A stretch of DNA of 64,000 bases. Origin: Mobula hypostoma (lineage: Eukaryota). This document shows, piece by piece, positions 11,101-24,047 of this stretch. The stretch lies in NCBI RefSeq assembly GCF_963921235.1, contig NC_086097.1, positions 164,550,001 to 164,614,000 on the forward strand, written 5' to 3'. The notes beneath the pieces are model-generated. The model saw only the letters and a program-made list of their open reading frames with translations. It did no database searches and was not told the DNA's origin. Made by a program: the position numbers and the translations under genes. Each line of letters begins with the position of its first letter. Position 1 is the stretch's first letter.

Positions 11101-12660
11101 TTGCCCTGGATTTGCCGGCCTGCCATTTTACTTTTCACCTTACTACTTTTTGCCTCTACCCTCATTTTACACCCCTCTGTCTCTCTGCGCTTGTTGTGAA
11201 CTAACCTCCTCTCTCCTAGTCTCTTTAATTTGATTCCCACCCCCCAACCATTCTAGTGTAAAGTCACCTCGGTAGCCCTCACAAATCTCCCTGCCAGGAC
11301 ATTGGTCTCCTTAGGATTCAAGTGTAACCCGTCCTTTTTGTATAGGTTACACCTGCGCCAAAAGAGGTCCCAATGATCCAAAAACTTGAATCCCTGCTCT
11401 CTGCTCCAATCCCTCAGCCACGCATTTATCCTCCACCTCATTGCATTCCTACTGTCACTGTCGCGTGGCACAGGCAGTAATCCCGAGATTACTACCTTTG
11501 CGGTCCTTTTTCCCAACTCCCTTCCTAACTCCCTATATTCTCCTTTCAGGGCCTTTTCCCTTTTCCTCCCTATGTCATTGGTACCTATATGTACCACGAC
11601 CTCTGTCTCGTCACCCTCCCACTTCAGGATATCTTGGATGCGATTAGAAATATCCCGGACCCTGGCACCAGGGAGGCAAACTACCATCCGGGTCTCTGGA
11701 CTGCATCCACAGAATCGCCTGTCTGACCCCCTTACTATCGAGTCCCCTATTACAACTGCCTTCCTCTTCCTTTCCCTACCCTTCTGAGCTACAGGGCCGG
11801 ACTCTATGCCGGTGGCACGGCCACTGTCACGTCCCCCAGGTAAGGTGTTCCCCCCAACAGTACTCAAACAGGAGTACCTATTGTCAAGGGGCACAGCCAC
11901 TTGGGTACTCTCTATTACCTGACTCTTCTCCTTCCCCTCCTAACCGTGACCCACTTGTCTGCCTCCCGTGGCCCTGGTGTGACCACCTGCCTGTAACTCC
12001 TCCCTATCAACTCCTCACTCTCCCTGACCAGACGAAGGTCATCGAGCTGCAGCTCCAGTTCCCTAACGCAGTCCCTTAGGAGCTGCATCTCGGCGCACCT
12101 GGCGCAGATGTGGACGGCCGAGAGGCTTGGAGACTCCAGGGCCTCCCACATCCGGCACTGAGAACAACAAACTGCCCTCACACTCATACTGCCCCTCTCC
12201 TCAAATAACAACAAAAAATGAATACCAAACCTCCTTCGTCTCGCCCGTTTACGCCTAAGCCCGTTGAGCCAAAGCCCTTAAGCCTTCACTCTGCTCCCAG
12301 CTCACTCCGCCACCCACAAACTCCGCTGCCCGCTGTATGAGGCTCTGTTCCTTTTAAGTCTTCTGTGCTTCACAGCCCGACATCACATGCCTGCGCAGTT
12401 CCGCCTCTCTGAACGCTGATGGAAAAAATAACCGAAAAATTCAAAAATGGCTTCCTCCGCACTCCCGCTCCGATTCTCAGATATCCTTCTCTGAATTAAA
12501 CCCGAAGCAGGATTTCTATCCTTTTAAATCTTCCACACTTCACTGCCCGACATTACACGCCTGTGCAGTCCTGCCTCTCTGAACGCCGATGGAAAAAAAC
12601 CCGAAAAATTCAAAAATGGCTTCCTCCGCACTCCCGCTCTGATTCTCAGACTTCCTTCTC
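8131..12660 (-). mobile_element. Near full-length CR1 LINE (5' UTR, ORF1, ORF2 endonuclease-RT), recently inactivated
   Basis: ORF1 pieces: 11915-12214 (CxxC...CxxC plus coiled coil) and 11253-11900 (VIGDS...HIGTND...DGLH, SGNH esterase). ORF2 pieces 10300-11028 (NARS, GDFN, SDH endonuclease motifs) through 8228. Premature stops at ~10300, ~9068, ~8672 and ~8564, and a frameshift near 9335. (ATAGAAAC)n tail at 8131. Inserted into a Rex1-like 3' fragment (~8050-8130 and 12661-12745). Confidence 0.95.
12351..12660 (-). repeat. Two tandem ~170-bp-period monomers in the CR1 5' UTR
   Basis: 12351-12491 and 12521-12660 share CTTTTAA-TCTT...GCCTCTCTGAACGC-GATGGAAAAAA...CCGAAAAATTCAAAAATGGCTTCCTCCGCACTCCCGCTC. 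Confidence 0.9.
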
Positions 12661-13279
12661 CAAAGATAGAAGATAAAAAGTTTGAGAATACATACCACAA
12701 GGCTTACGGACAGTTTCTATCCCACTGTCATCAGATTCTTAAACAGGCCTCTTGTATAATGAAGATGAACTCTTGATCTCCCAGTCTACCTCATTATGGC
12801 CCCTACACATTATTGTCTATGTGCACTGCACTTTCTCTGTAAATATAGCGCTATAGTCTGCATTCAGTTTTTGTTTTCTTGCTGTGCTACTTCAATATAC
12901 TTATGGAAGATCTGTCTGGAGAGAATGCAGACAAAAGTTTTTCATTGTATTGTGCCACAGTAAAAGAGCTTTGACCAACGGCCAATCCAGACATCAGAAG
13001 TTTTGAGAGGAACGGCTTCTTCCCCTCTGCCATCCGGTTCCTGGATGGACGTTGAACCCAAGAACTCTACCTCTCTTTTTTAATATATATTATTTCTGTT
13101 TTTGAATGATTTTTAATCTATTCAATATACGTATACTGTAACTGATTTACTTATTTATTTATTAGTACTTTCGTCTTCTATATTATGTATTGCATTGATC
13201 TGCTGCTGCTAAGTTAACAAATTCCACAACACATGCCGGTGATAATAAACCTGATTCTGATTCTGATTCTGACTTGAAT

Positions 13280-16200
13280 CGGGTCCGCTGCTCGTTTATA
13301 AAAGGCAGCAGAGGATCAGTGCAGTGAAAAAGAGATTTGACCAGTGAGCATTCAATGTTTGGGATTGATTAGTAAAAGCAAATTAAAGGAAGGCAGGAGC
13401 AAGTGCAGCAGCCATCATCTGAGTGAACAGAGTCAGAGTGGTGATCTTGAGGCTTTAGCTCTTCAAGGCTTCAGTCAGAGAAAGCAAAAGAAAAAAAAGC
13501 TCAAGTTTTTTTGTTCTCTTCTTTATATCTGCTCAGCTAGGACAGTTGGGATGACAGGTGAGATGGTGGAATGCTCCTCTCATGGGAAATGGGAAGGCAG
13601 GGAGACCTCCAGTGTCCCTGACGATTACAACTGCGAGAAGTGCATCCAGCTGCTGCTTCTAACAAACCGTGTTAAGGAGTTGAAGCTGGAACTGGATGAA
13701 CTCCCGATAAGACATATAGTACAGAGGCAGTTACACCCAAGGCACAGGGGACAGGAAATTAGGTGACAGTCAGGAAGGGGAAAGGGGTTAAGAAGCCAGT
13801 GCAGAGTAGTCCTGTGGCCATCCCCTCAACAACAACTGTATCACTTTGTACACTGTCGGGAGTCGCCCTGCGGCCATCCCCTCAGCGACAGCTATATCAC
13901 TTTGTATACTGTCGGGAGTCGCCCTGTGGCCATCCCCTCAACAACAGCTGTATCACTTTGTATACTGTCGGGAGTAGTCCTGTGGCCATCCCCTCAGCGA
14001 CAGCTGTATCACTTTGTATACTGTCGGGAGTAGTCCTGTGGCCATCCCCTCAACAACAACTGTATCATTTTGTATACTGTCGGGAGTCACCCTGTGGCCA
14101 TCCCCTCAACAACAGCTGTATCACTTTGTATACTGTCGGGAGTCACCCTGTGGCCATCCCCTCAACAACAACTGTATCACTTTGTATACTGTCGGGAGTC
14201 GCCCTGTGGCCATCCCCTCAACAACAGCTATATCACTTTGTATACTGTCGGGAGTAGTCCTGTGGCCAACTCCTCAACAACAGCTATATCACTTTGTATA
14301 CTGTCGGGAGTCGCCCTGTGGCCAACCCCGCAACAACAACTATATCACTTTGTATACTGTCGGGAGTCGCCCTGTGGCCATCCCCTCAGCGACAGCTGTA
14401 TCACTTTGTATACTGTCGGGAGTCGCCCTGTGGCCATCCCCTCAGCGACAGCTATATCACTTTGTATACTGTCGGGAGTAGTCCTGTGGCCATCCCCTCA
14501 GCGACAGCTGTATCACTTTGTATACTGTCGGGAGTAGTCCTGTGACCATCCAATCAGCGACAGCTGTATCACTTTGTATACTGTCGGGAGTAGTCCTGTG
14601 GCCATCCCCTCAGCGACAGCTGTATCACTTTGTATACTGTCGGGAGTCACCCTGTGGCCAACCCCTCAACAACAACTGTATCACTTTGTATACTGTCGGG
14701 AGTCGCCCTGTGGCCATCCCCTCAACAACAACTGTATCACTTTGTATACTGTCGGGAGTCGCCCTGTGGCCATCCCCTCAGCGACAGCTGTATCACTTTG
14801 TATACTGTCGGGAGTAGTCCTGTGGCCATCCCCTCAATGACAGCTGTATCACTTTGTATACTGTCGGGAGTCGCCCTGTGGCCATCCCCTCAACCACAAC
14901 TGTATCACTTTGTATACTGTCGGGAGTCGCCCTGTGGCCATCCCCTCAACGACAGCTGTATCACTTTGTATACTGTCGGGAGTAGTCCTGTGGCCATCCC
15001 CTCAGCGACAGCTGTATCACTTTGTATACTGTCGGGAGTAGTCCTGTGACCATCCCCTCAACAACAGCTGTATCACTTTGTATACTGTCGGGAGTCGCCC
15101 TGTGGCCATCCCCTCAACAACAACTGTATCACTTTGTATACTGTCGGGAGTCGCCCTGTGGCCATCCCCTCAGCGACAGCTGTATCACTTTGTATACTGT
15201 CGGGAGTAGTCCTGTGGCCATCCCCTCAACAACAGCTGTATCACTTTGTATACTGTCGGGAGTAGTCCTGTGGCCAACCCCTCAACAACAACTGTATCAC
15301 TTTGTATACTGTCGGAAGTCGCCCTGTGGCCATCCCCTCAGCGACAGCTGTATCACTTTGTATACTGTCGGGAGTAGTCCTGTGGCCATCCCCTCAACAA
15401 CAGCTGTATCACTTTGTATACTGTCGGGAGTAGTCCTGTGGCCAACCCCTCAACAACAACTGTATCACTTTGTATACTGTCGGGAGTCGCCCTGTGGCCA
15501 TCCCCTCAGCGACAGCTGTATCACTTTGTATACTGTCGGGAGTAGTCCTGTGACCATCCCCTCAACAACAGCTGTATCACTTTGTATACTGTCGGGAGTC
15601 GCCCTGTGGCCATCCCCTCAACAACAACTGTATCACTTTGTATACTGTCGGGAGTCGCCCTGTGGCCATCCCCTCAGCGACAGCTGTATCACTTTGTATA
15701 CTGTCGGGAGTAGTCCTGTGGCCAACCCCTCAACAACAGCTATATCACTTTGTATACTGTCGGGAGTCGCCCTGTGGCCAACCCCGCAACAACAACTATA
15801 TCACTTTGTATACTGTCGGGAGTCACCCTGTGGCCATCCCCTCAACAACAACTGTATCACTTTGTATACTGTCGGGAGTCGCCCTGTGGCCATCCCCTCA
15901 GCGACAGCTGTATCACTTTGTATACTGTCGGGAGTAGTCCTGTGGCCATCCCCTCAACAACAACTGTATCACTTTGTATACTGTCGGGAGTCACCCTGTG
16001 GCCAACCCCTCAACAACAACTGTATCACTTTGTATACTGTCGGGAGTCGCCCTGTGGCCATCCCCTCAACAATAACTGTATCACTTTGTATACTGTCGGG
16101 AGTCGCCCTGTGGCCATCCCCTCAACAACAACTGTATCACTTTGTATACTGTCGGGAGTCGCCCTGTGGCCATCCCCTCAGCGACAGCTGTATCACTTTG

Positions 16201-19200
16201 TATACTGTCGGGAGTAGTCCTGTGACCATCCCCTCAACAACAGCTGTATCACTTTGTATACTGTCGGGAGTCGCCCTGTGGCCATCCCCTCAACAACAAC
16301 TGTATCACTTTGTATACTGTCGGGAGTCGCCCTGTGGCCATCCCCTCAGCGACAGCTGTATCACTTTGTATACTGTCGGGAGTCACCCTGTGGCCATCCC
16401 CTCAACAACAACTGTATCACTTTGTATACTGTCGGGAGTCGCCCTGTGGCCATCCCCTCAGCGACAGCTGTATCACTTTGTATACTGTCGGGAGTAGTCC
16501 TGTGGCCATCCCCTCAACAACAACTGTATCACTTTGTATACTGTCGGGAGTCACCCTGTGGCCAACCCCTCAACAACAACTGTATCACTTTGTATACTGT
16601 CGGGAGTCGCCCTGTGGCCATCCCCTCAACAACAACTGTATCACTTTGTATACTGTCGGGAGTCACCCTGTGGCCAACCCCTCAACAACAACTGTATCAC
16701 TTTGTATACTGTCGGGAGTCGCCCTGTGGCCATCCCCTCAGCGACAGCTGTATCACTTTGTATACTGTCGGGAGTAGTCCTGTGGCCATCCCCTCAACAA
16801 CAGCTGTATCACTTTGTATACTGTCGGGAGTAGTCCTGTGGCCAACCCCTCAACAACAACTGTATCACTTTGTATACTGTCGGGAGTCGCCCTGTGGCCA
16901 TCCCCTCAGCGACAGCTGTATCACTTTGTATACTGTCGGGAGTAGTCCTGTGGCCATCCCCTCAACGACAGCTGTATCACTTTGTATACTGTCGGGAGTA
17001 GTCCTGTGGCCATCCCCTCAGCGACAGCTGTATCACTTTGTATATTGTCGGGAGTCGCCCTGTGGCCATCCCCTCAACCACAACTGTATCACTTTGTATA
17101 CTGTCGGGAGTCGCCCTGTGGCCATCCCCTCAACGACAGCTGTATCACTTTGTATACTGTCGGGAGTAGTCCTGTGGCCATCCCCTCAGCGACAGCTGTA
17201 TCACTTTGTATACTGTCGGGAGTAGTCCTGTGACCATCCCCTCAACAACAGCTGTATCACTTTGTATACTGTCGGGAGTCGCCCTGTGGCCATCCCCTCA
17301 ACAACAACTGTATCACTTTGTATACTGTCGGGAGTCGCCCTGTGGCCATCCCCTCAGCGACAGCTGTATCACTTTGTATACTGTCGGGAGTAGTCCTGTG
17401 GCCATCCCCTCAACAACAGCTGTATCACTTTGTATACTGTCGGGAGTAGTCCTGTGGCCAACCCCTCAACAACAACTGTATCACTTTGTATACTGTCGGG
17501 AGTCGCCCTGTGGCCATCCCCTCAGCGACAGCTGTATCACTTTGTATACTGTCGGGAGTAGTCCTGTGGCCATTCCCTCAACGACAGCTGTATCACTTTG
17601 TATACTGTCGGGAGTAGTCCTGTGGCCATCCCCTCAACAACAACTGTATCACTTTGTATACTGTCGGGAGTCACCCTGTGGCCAACCCCTCAACAACAAC
17701 TGTATCACTTTGTATACTGTCGGGAGTCGCCCTGTGGCCATCCCCTCAGCGACAGCTGTATCACTTTGTATACTGTCGGGAGTAGTCCTGTGGCCATCCC
17801 CTCAACAACAGCTGTATCACTTTGTATACTGTCGGGAGTAGTCCTGTGGCCAACCCCTCAACAACAACTGTATCACTTTGTATACTGTCGGGAGTCGCCC
17901 TGTGGCCATCCCCTCAGCGACAGCTGTATCACTTTGTATACTGTCGGGAGTAGTCCTGTGACCATCCCCTCAACAACAGCTGTATCACTTTGTATACTGT
18001 CGGGAGTCGCCCTGTGGCCATCCCCTCAACAACAACTGTATCACTTTGTATACTGTCGGGAGTCGCCCTGTGGCCATCCCCTCAGCGACAGCTGTATCAC
18101 TTTGTATACTGTCGGGAGTAGTCCTGTGGCCATCCCCTCAACAACAGCTGTATCACTTTGTATACTGTCGGGAGTAGTCCTGTGGCCAACCCCTCAACAA
18201 CAACTGTATCACTTTGTATACTGTCGGGAGTCGCCCTGTGGCCATCCCCTCAGCGACAGCTGTATCACTTTGTATACTGTCGGGAGTAGTCCTGTGGCCA
18301 TTCCCTCAACGACAGCTGTATCACTTTGTATACTGTCGGGAGTAGTCCTGTGGCCATCCCCTCAACAACAACTGTATCACTTTGTATACTGTCGGGAGTC
18401 ACCCTGTGGCCAACCCCTCAACAACAACTGTATCACTTTGTATACTGTCGGGAGTCGCCCTGTGGCCATCCCCTCAGCGACAGCTGTATCACTTTGTATA
18501 CTGTCGGGAGTAGTCCTGTGGCCATCCCCTCAACAACAGCTGTATCACTTTGTATACTGTCGGGAGTAGTCCTGTGGCCAACCCCTCAACAACAACTGTA
18601 TCACTTTGTATACTGTCGGGAGTCGCACTGTGGCCATCCCCTCAGCGACAGCTGTATCACTTTGTATACTGTCGGGAGTAGTCCTGTGGCCATCCCCTCA
18701 ACGACAGCTGTATCACTTTGTATACTGTCGGGAGTAGTCCTGTGGCCATCCCCTCAGCGACAGCTGTATCACTTTGTATACTGTCGGGAGTCACCCTGTG
18801 GCCAACCCCTCAACAACAACTGTATCACTTTGTATACTGTCGGGAGTCGCCCTGTGGCCATCCCCTCAACAACAACTGTATCACTTTGTATACTGTCGGG
18901 AGTCGCCCTGTGGCCATCCCCTCAGCGACAGCTGTATCACTTTGTATACTGTCGGGAGTAGTCCTGTGGCCATCCCCTCAATGACAGCTGTATCACTTTG
19001 TATACTGTCGGGAGTCGCCCTGTGGCCATCCCCTCAACCACAACTGTATCACTTTGTATACTGTCGGGAGTCGCCCTGTGGCCATCCCCTCAACGACAGC
19101 TGTATCACTTTGTATACTGTCGGGAGTAGTCCTGTGGCCATCCCCTCAGCGACAGCTGTATCACTTTGTATACTGTCGGGAGTAGTCCTGTGACCATCCC

Positions 19201-22200
19201 CTCAACAACAGCTGTATCACTTTGTATACTGTCGGGAGTCGCCCTGTGGCCATCCCCTCAACAACAACTGTATCACTTTGTATACTGTCGGGAGTCGCCC
19301 TGTGGCCATCCCCTCAGCGACAGCTGTATCACTTTGTATACTGTCGGGAGTAGTCCTGTGGCCATCCCCTCAACAACAGCTGTATCACTTTGTATACTGT
19401 CGGGAGTAGTCCTGTGGCCAACCCCTCAACAACAACTGTATCACTTTGTATACTGTCGGGAGTCGCCCTGTGGCCATCCCCTCAGCGACAGCTGTATCAC
19501 TTTGTATACTGTCGGGAGTAGTCCTGTGGCCATTCCCTCAACGACAGCTGTATCACTTTGTATACTGTCGGGAGTAGTCCTGTGGCCATCCCCTCAGCGA
19601 CAGCTGTATCACTTTGTATACTGTCGGGAGTCGCCCTGTGGCCATCCCCTCAACAACAACTGTATCACTTTGTATACTGTCGGGAGTCGCCCTGTGGCCA
19701 TCCCCTCAGCGACAGCTGTATCACTTTGTATACTGTCGGGAGTAGTCCTGTGGCCATCCCCTCAATGACAGCTGTATCACTTTGTATACTGTCGGGAGTC
19801 GCCCTGTGGCCATCCCCTCAACCACAACTGTATCACTTTGTATACTGTCGGGAGTCGCCCTGTGGCCATCCTCTCAACGACAGCTGTATCACTTTGTATA
19901 CTGTCGGGAGTCGTCCTGTGGCCATCCCCTCAGCGACAGCTATATCACTTTGTATACTGTCGGGAGTAGTCCTGTGGCCATCCCCTCAGCGACAGCTGTA
20001 TCACTTTGTATACTGTCGGGAGTAGTCCTGTGACCATCCCCTCAGCGACAGCTATATCACTTTGTATACTGTCGGGAGTAGTCCTGTGACCATCCCCTCA
20101 ACAACAGCTGTATCACTTTGTATACTGTCGGGAGTAGTCCTGTGGCCATCCCCTCAGCGACAGCTGTATCACTTTGTATACTGTCGGGAGTCGCCCTGTG
20201 GCCATCCCCTCAACAACAACTGTATCACTTTGTATACTGTCGGGAGTCGCCCTGTGGCCATCCCCTCAACGACAGCTGTATCACTTTGTATACTGTCGGG
20301 AGTCGTCCTGTGGCCATCCCCTCAGCGACAGCTGTATCACTTTGTATACTGTCGGGAGTAGTCCTGTGGCCATCCCCTCAGCGACAGCTGTATCACTTTG
20401 TATACTGTCGGGAGTAGTCCTGTGACCATCCCCTCAACAACAGCTGTATCACTTTGTATACTGTCGGGAGTCGCCCTGTGGCCATCCCCTCAACAACAAC
20501 TGTATCACTTTGTATACTGTCGGGAGTCGCCCTGTGGCCATCCCCTCAGCGACAGCTGTATCACTTTGTATACTGTCGGGAGTAGTCCTGTGGCCATCCC
20601 CTCAGCGACAGCTGTATCACTTTGTATACTGTCGGGAGTAGTCCTGTGGCCAACCCCTCAACAACAACTGTATCACTTTGTATACTGTCGGGAGTCACCC
20701 TGTGGCCATCCCCTCAACAACAACTGTATCACTTTGTATACTGTCGGGAGTAGTCCTGTGGCCATCCCCTCAGCGACAGCTGTATCACTTTGTATACTGT
20801 CGGGGGTGGGGGGAGGTGACCCAACAGAGGAAAGATGCAGTGGGTGATTCTGCCTCTGTGACTCAGAAGGGAAGCGGGGAGAAAAGGCATGCTGTGGTGA
20901 TAGGGGATTTGTTAGTTAGGGCAACAGACAGGAGATTCTGTGGGTGAGAACGAGATTCCTGAATGATATGTTGCCTCCCAGGTGCCAGTGTCCAGGTTAT
21001 CTCAGACTGAGTCCTCAACATTCTTAAGTGGAAGGCTGAACAGCCAGAAGTTGTGGTCTATGTCAATACCAATGACAAGGGTAGAACAAGCGAAGAGGTT
21101 CTGCACAGGGAGTTGGGTGCTAAGTTAGAGGGTAAGACCTCCAGCTTTGTGACCTCAGGTTTGCTATTCGTGCTATGTGCTAATGAGAAGCTGTTGATTG
21201 AGGAAAATTGCAGTCAATGGGTGAGTTGCAATGTAAAGGATGGAAAAAATTGAAAAGAGTGAATACAGGTCTGAAGGTGTTATTTTTGAACAAGTGCAGT
21301 ATACGGAATAAGGTGGATGAATTTGCAGCACAGTTGCAGATTGGCAGGAATGATGCTGTAGGCATCACAGAATCATGGCTGAAAGAAGATTGTAGCTAGG
21401 AGCTCAATGTCCAAGGATACACATTGTATTGAAAGGACAGGCAAGAAGACAGAGGTGATGGCATTGCTCTGTTGGTAAAAAATGAAATCAAATCATTTGA
21501 AAGAGGTGACAGAAGGTGGGAAGGTGTTGAATCATTGTGGACAGAGCAAAAGAATTACAAGGGTAAAAGGACCCTAAGAGAGTTATACACAGATCCCCAA
21601 ACAGCAGTATGGATATGAGCCTGCAACTTACAAAGGGAGATAGAAAATGCATACCAAAAGGGCATTGTTACAATAGTCATGGGGGACTTCAATGTGCAGG
21701 TAGATTGGGAGAATCAGGTTAGTCCTGGATTCCAGGAGGAGGGGTTTCTAAAGTGCCTATGAGATGGCTTTTTAGAGCAGCTCATGGTTGAGCCCACTGG
21801 AGGATCAGCTATTCTGGATTGGATAACGTGCAGTGAACTGAAATTGATTACAGACCTTATGGTAAAAGAACGCTAAGGGGCAAGTGATCATGGTATGACC
21901 AAATTCATCTGAAGATTGAGAAGGAGAAGCTAAAGTCAGATGTATCAATATTACAATAAAGGGAATTACAAAGGCATAAGAGAGGAATTGGCCAGAATTG
22001 ATTGGAAAAGAACACTGTCAGGGATGATGGCAGAGCAGCAATGGCTGGAATTTCTGGAAGCAATTCGGAAGGTACAGGATATATACATCCCGAAGAGGAA
22101 GAAGTATTCTGACACAACCGTGGCTAATCTAATAAGAGAAGTCAAACCCGCCATAAAAGCCAAAGAAAGAGCATATGATAGAGCAAAGATTAGTGGGAAG

Positions 22201-24047
22201 TTAAGAGGATTGGGAAGCTTTTAAAAACTAAGAGAAAGCAACTAAAAAAGTCAATAAGAAGGTAAAGATGGAATCTGGAAGTAAGCTAGTGAATAATATT
22301 AAAGAGGATACCTAAAGTTTGTTCAGATACATAAAATGCAAAAGAGAGGTGAGAGTGGATATCAGACAGCTGTAAAACAATGCTGGAAAGGTAGTAATTA
22401 GGAACAATGAAATGACGAATGAACTATGTATTTTGCATCAGCTTTCACTGTGGAAGACTAGCAGTATGGTGGAAGTTCCAGGTATCAGGTGTAATGAAGT
22501 ATGTGAAGTTACCATAACTACAGAGAAGGTTCTTGGGAAACTGAAAGGTCAGAAGGTAGATAAGACATCTGGACCAAATGGTGTACACCCCAGAGTTCTG
22601 AAAAGGTGGCTGGAGAGATCATGGAGGCACCAGTAATGATCTTTCAAAAATCACTATATTCTGGAATGGTTCTGGAAGACTGGGAAGTAACAAATGTCAC
22701 TCCACTCTTCAAGGGAGAGAGGCATCAGAAAGGAAACTATAGGCCAGATAGTCAGACCTTAGTGCTTGGGAAGATTTTGGAGTTAATATGAGGTTTGAGG
22801 GTACGGAGGCACATGAAAATATAGGCCTTAGACAGCATGGTTTCCTCAGGGGAAAATATTGCCTGGCAAATCTGTTTGAATTCTTTGAAGAAATAACATG
22901 CAAGATAGACCAAGGAGAATTGCTTGATGTTGTGTTCTTGGATTTTCAGAAGGTTTTTGACAAGATGCCACACATGAGGCTACTTAACAAGCTATGAGCC
23001 CATAGTAAAACAGGAAAGATTCTTGGATGGATAAAGCATAGGCTAATTTGCAAGATGCAAAGAGAGGGAGTAAAGGGAGCCTTTTCTGGTTGGCTGCTGG
23101 TGACTGGTGGTGTTCCACAGGGTCTGTGTTGGGACCAATTCTTTTTACTTTATATGTCAATGATCTGGAGTTTAGTGGTGGGGCAGGTAGGTTTGAGGAA
23201 ATAGAGAGGCTACAGAAGGACATGCAGGTTATGAGTTGGAAAGTGTATGGTCATGCACTTTGGTAGAAGAAATGAAAGGGCTGACTATTTTCTAAATGGA
23301 GAGAAAATACAGACAAAACTGAGGTGGAAAGGGACTTGGGAATCCTTATGCAGTATTCCCAAAGGTTAATTTGCAGGTTGAGTCTGTGGTGAGGAAGTCA
23401 ATTGCAATGTTAGCTTTCATTTCAAGAGGACTAGAATATAAAAAGTAAGAATGTAATGTTGAGACTTTATAAAGCACTGGTGAGGCCTCACTTGGAGTAT
23501 TGTGAGCAGGTTTTGGCCCTTTACCTTAGAAAGGATGTGCTGAAACTGGAAAGGGTTCAAAGGAGGTTCATGAAAATGATTCCAGGACTGAGTGGCTTGT
23601 CATATGAAGAGTGTTTGATGGCTCTGGGCCTTTATTCCCTAGAATTCAGAAGAATGAGGGGTGACCTCATTGAAACTTATCGAATGGTGAAAGGCCTTGA
23701 TAGAGCGGATGTGGAGAGAATGTTTTCTATGGTGGAACTGTCTAAGACCAGATGACACAGCCTCAGAGTAAAGAGGAGTCTTTTTAGAACGGAGATGAGG
23801 ATGAATTTCTTGGGCTAGAGAGCAGTGAATCTGTGGATTTCTTTTGCCACAGGTAGCTGTAGAGGTGGAGTCTTTATGTATATTTAGGGCAGAGGTTGAT
23901 AGATTCTTGATAGGTCAGGACATGAAGGGATATGGGGAGAAGGCAGGAAATTGGGGCTGACAGGGACTTTGGATCAGCCATGGTGAAATGGCAGAATAGA
24001 CACAATGGCCAAATGGCTTAATCTGCTCCTGTATCTTATGGTCTTAT
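13280..24047 (+). mobile_element. Old, degraded full-length CR1 LINE whose ORF1 is split by a 7-kb minisatellite
   Basis: ORF1 N-terminus (MVECSS...YNCEKCIQL...RVKELKLELDEL) lies before the array, and KRHAVVIGD...DRRFCG lies after it. Fragmented endonuclease/RT pieces span 21270-23960 (SIRNKVDE, LDFQKVFDKMPH, LVRPHLEYC). TCTTATGGTCTTAT tail at ~24034-24047. Confidence 0.9.
13805..20804 (+). repeat. 56-bp minisatellite, 125 copies
   Basis: Consensus AGT(AGT/CGC/CAC)CCTGTG(G/A)CCA(T/A)CCCCTCA(A/G)C(A/G)ACA(A/G)CT(G/A)TATCACTTTGTATACTGTCGGG. The first unit starts at 13805 and the last at 20749 (= 124 x 56 later), so there are no net indels. Confidence 0.98.

Noticed and set aside
8120..12670. 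Target-site duplication for the near full-length CR1
   Set aside because: CTTCCTT occurs at both ends, but the right-hand copy is also part of the 5' UTR monomer, so it cannot be called confidently.
13805..20804. CRISPR-like array
   Set aside because: There are no unique spacers: the whole 56-bp unit repeats with only point variants. No cas genes are present, the context is vertebrate, and the unit derives from CR1 ORF1.
13763..20947. Many long ORFs (up to 491 aa) of a repetitive Cys/Pro/Gln-rich protein
   Set aside because: Artefact of a stop-poor 56-bp unit cycling through three frames. The starts are TTG/GTG, stops fall wherever an AGTAGT or GTGACC variant is in frame, and there is no splice or promoter support.
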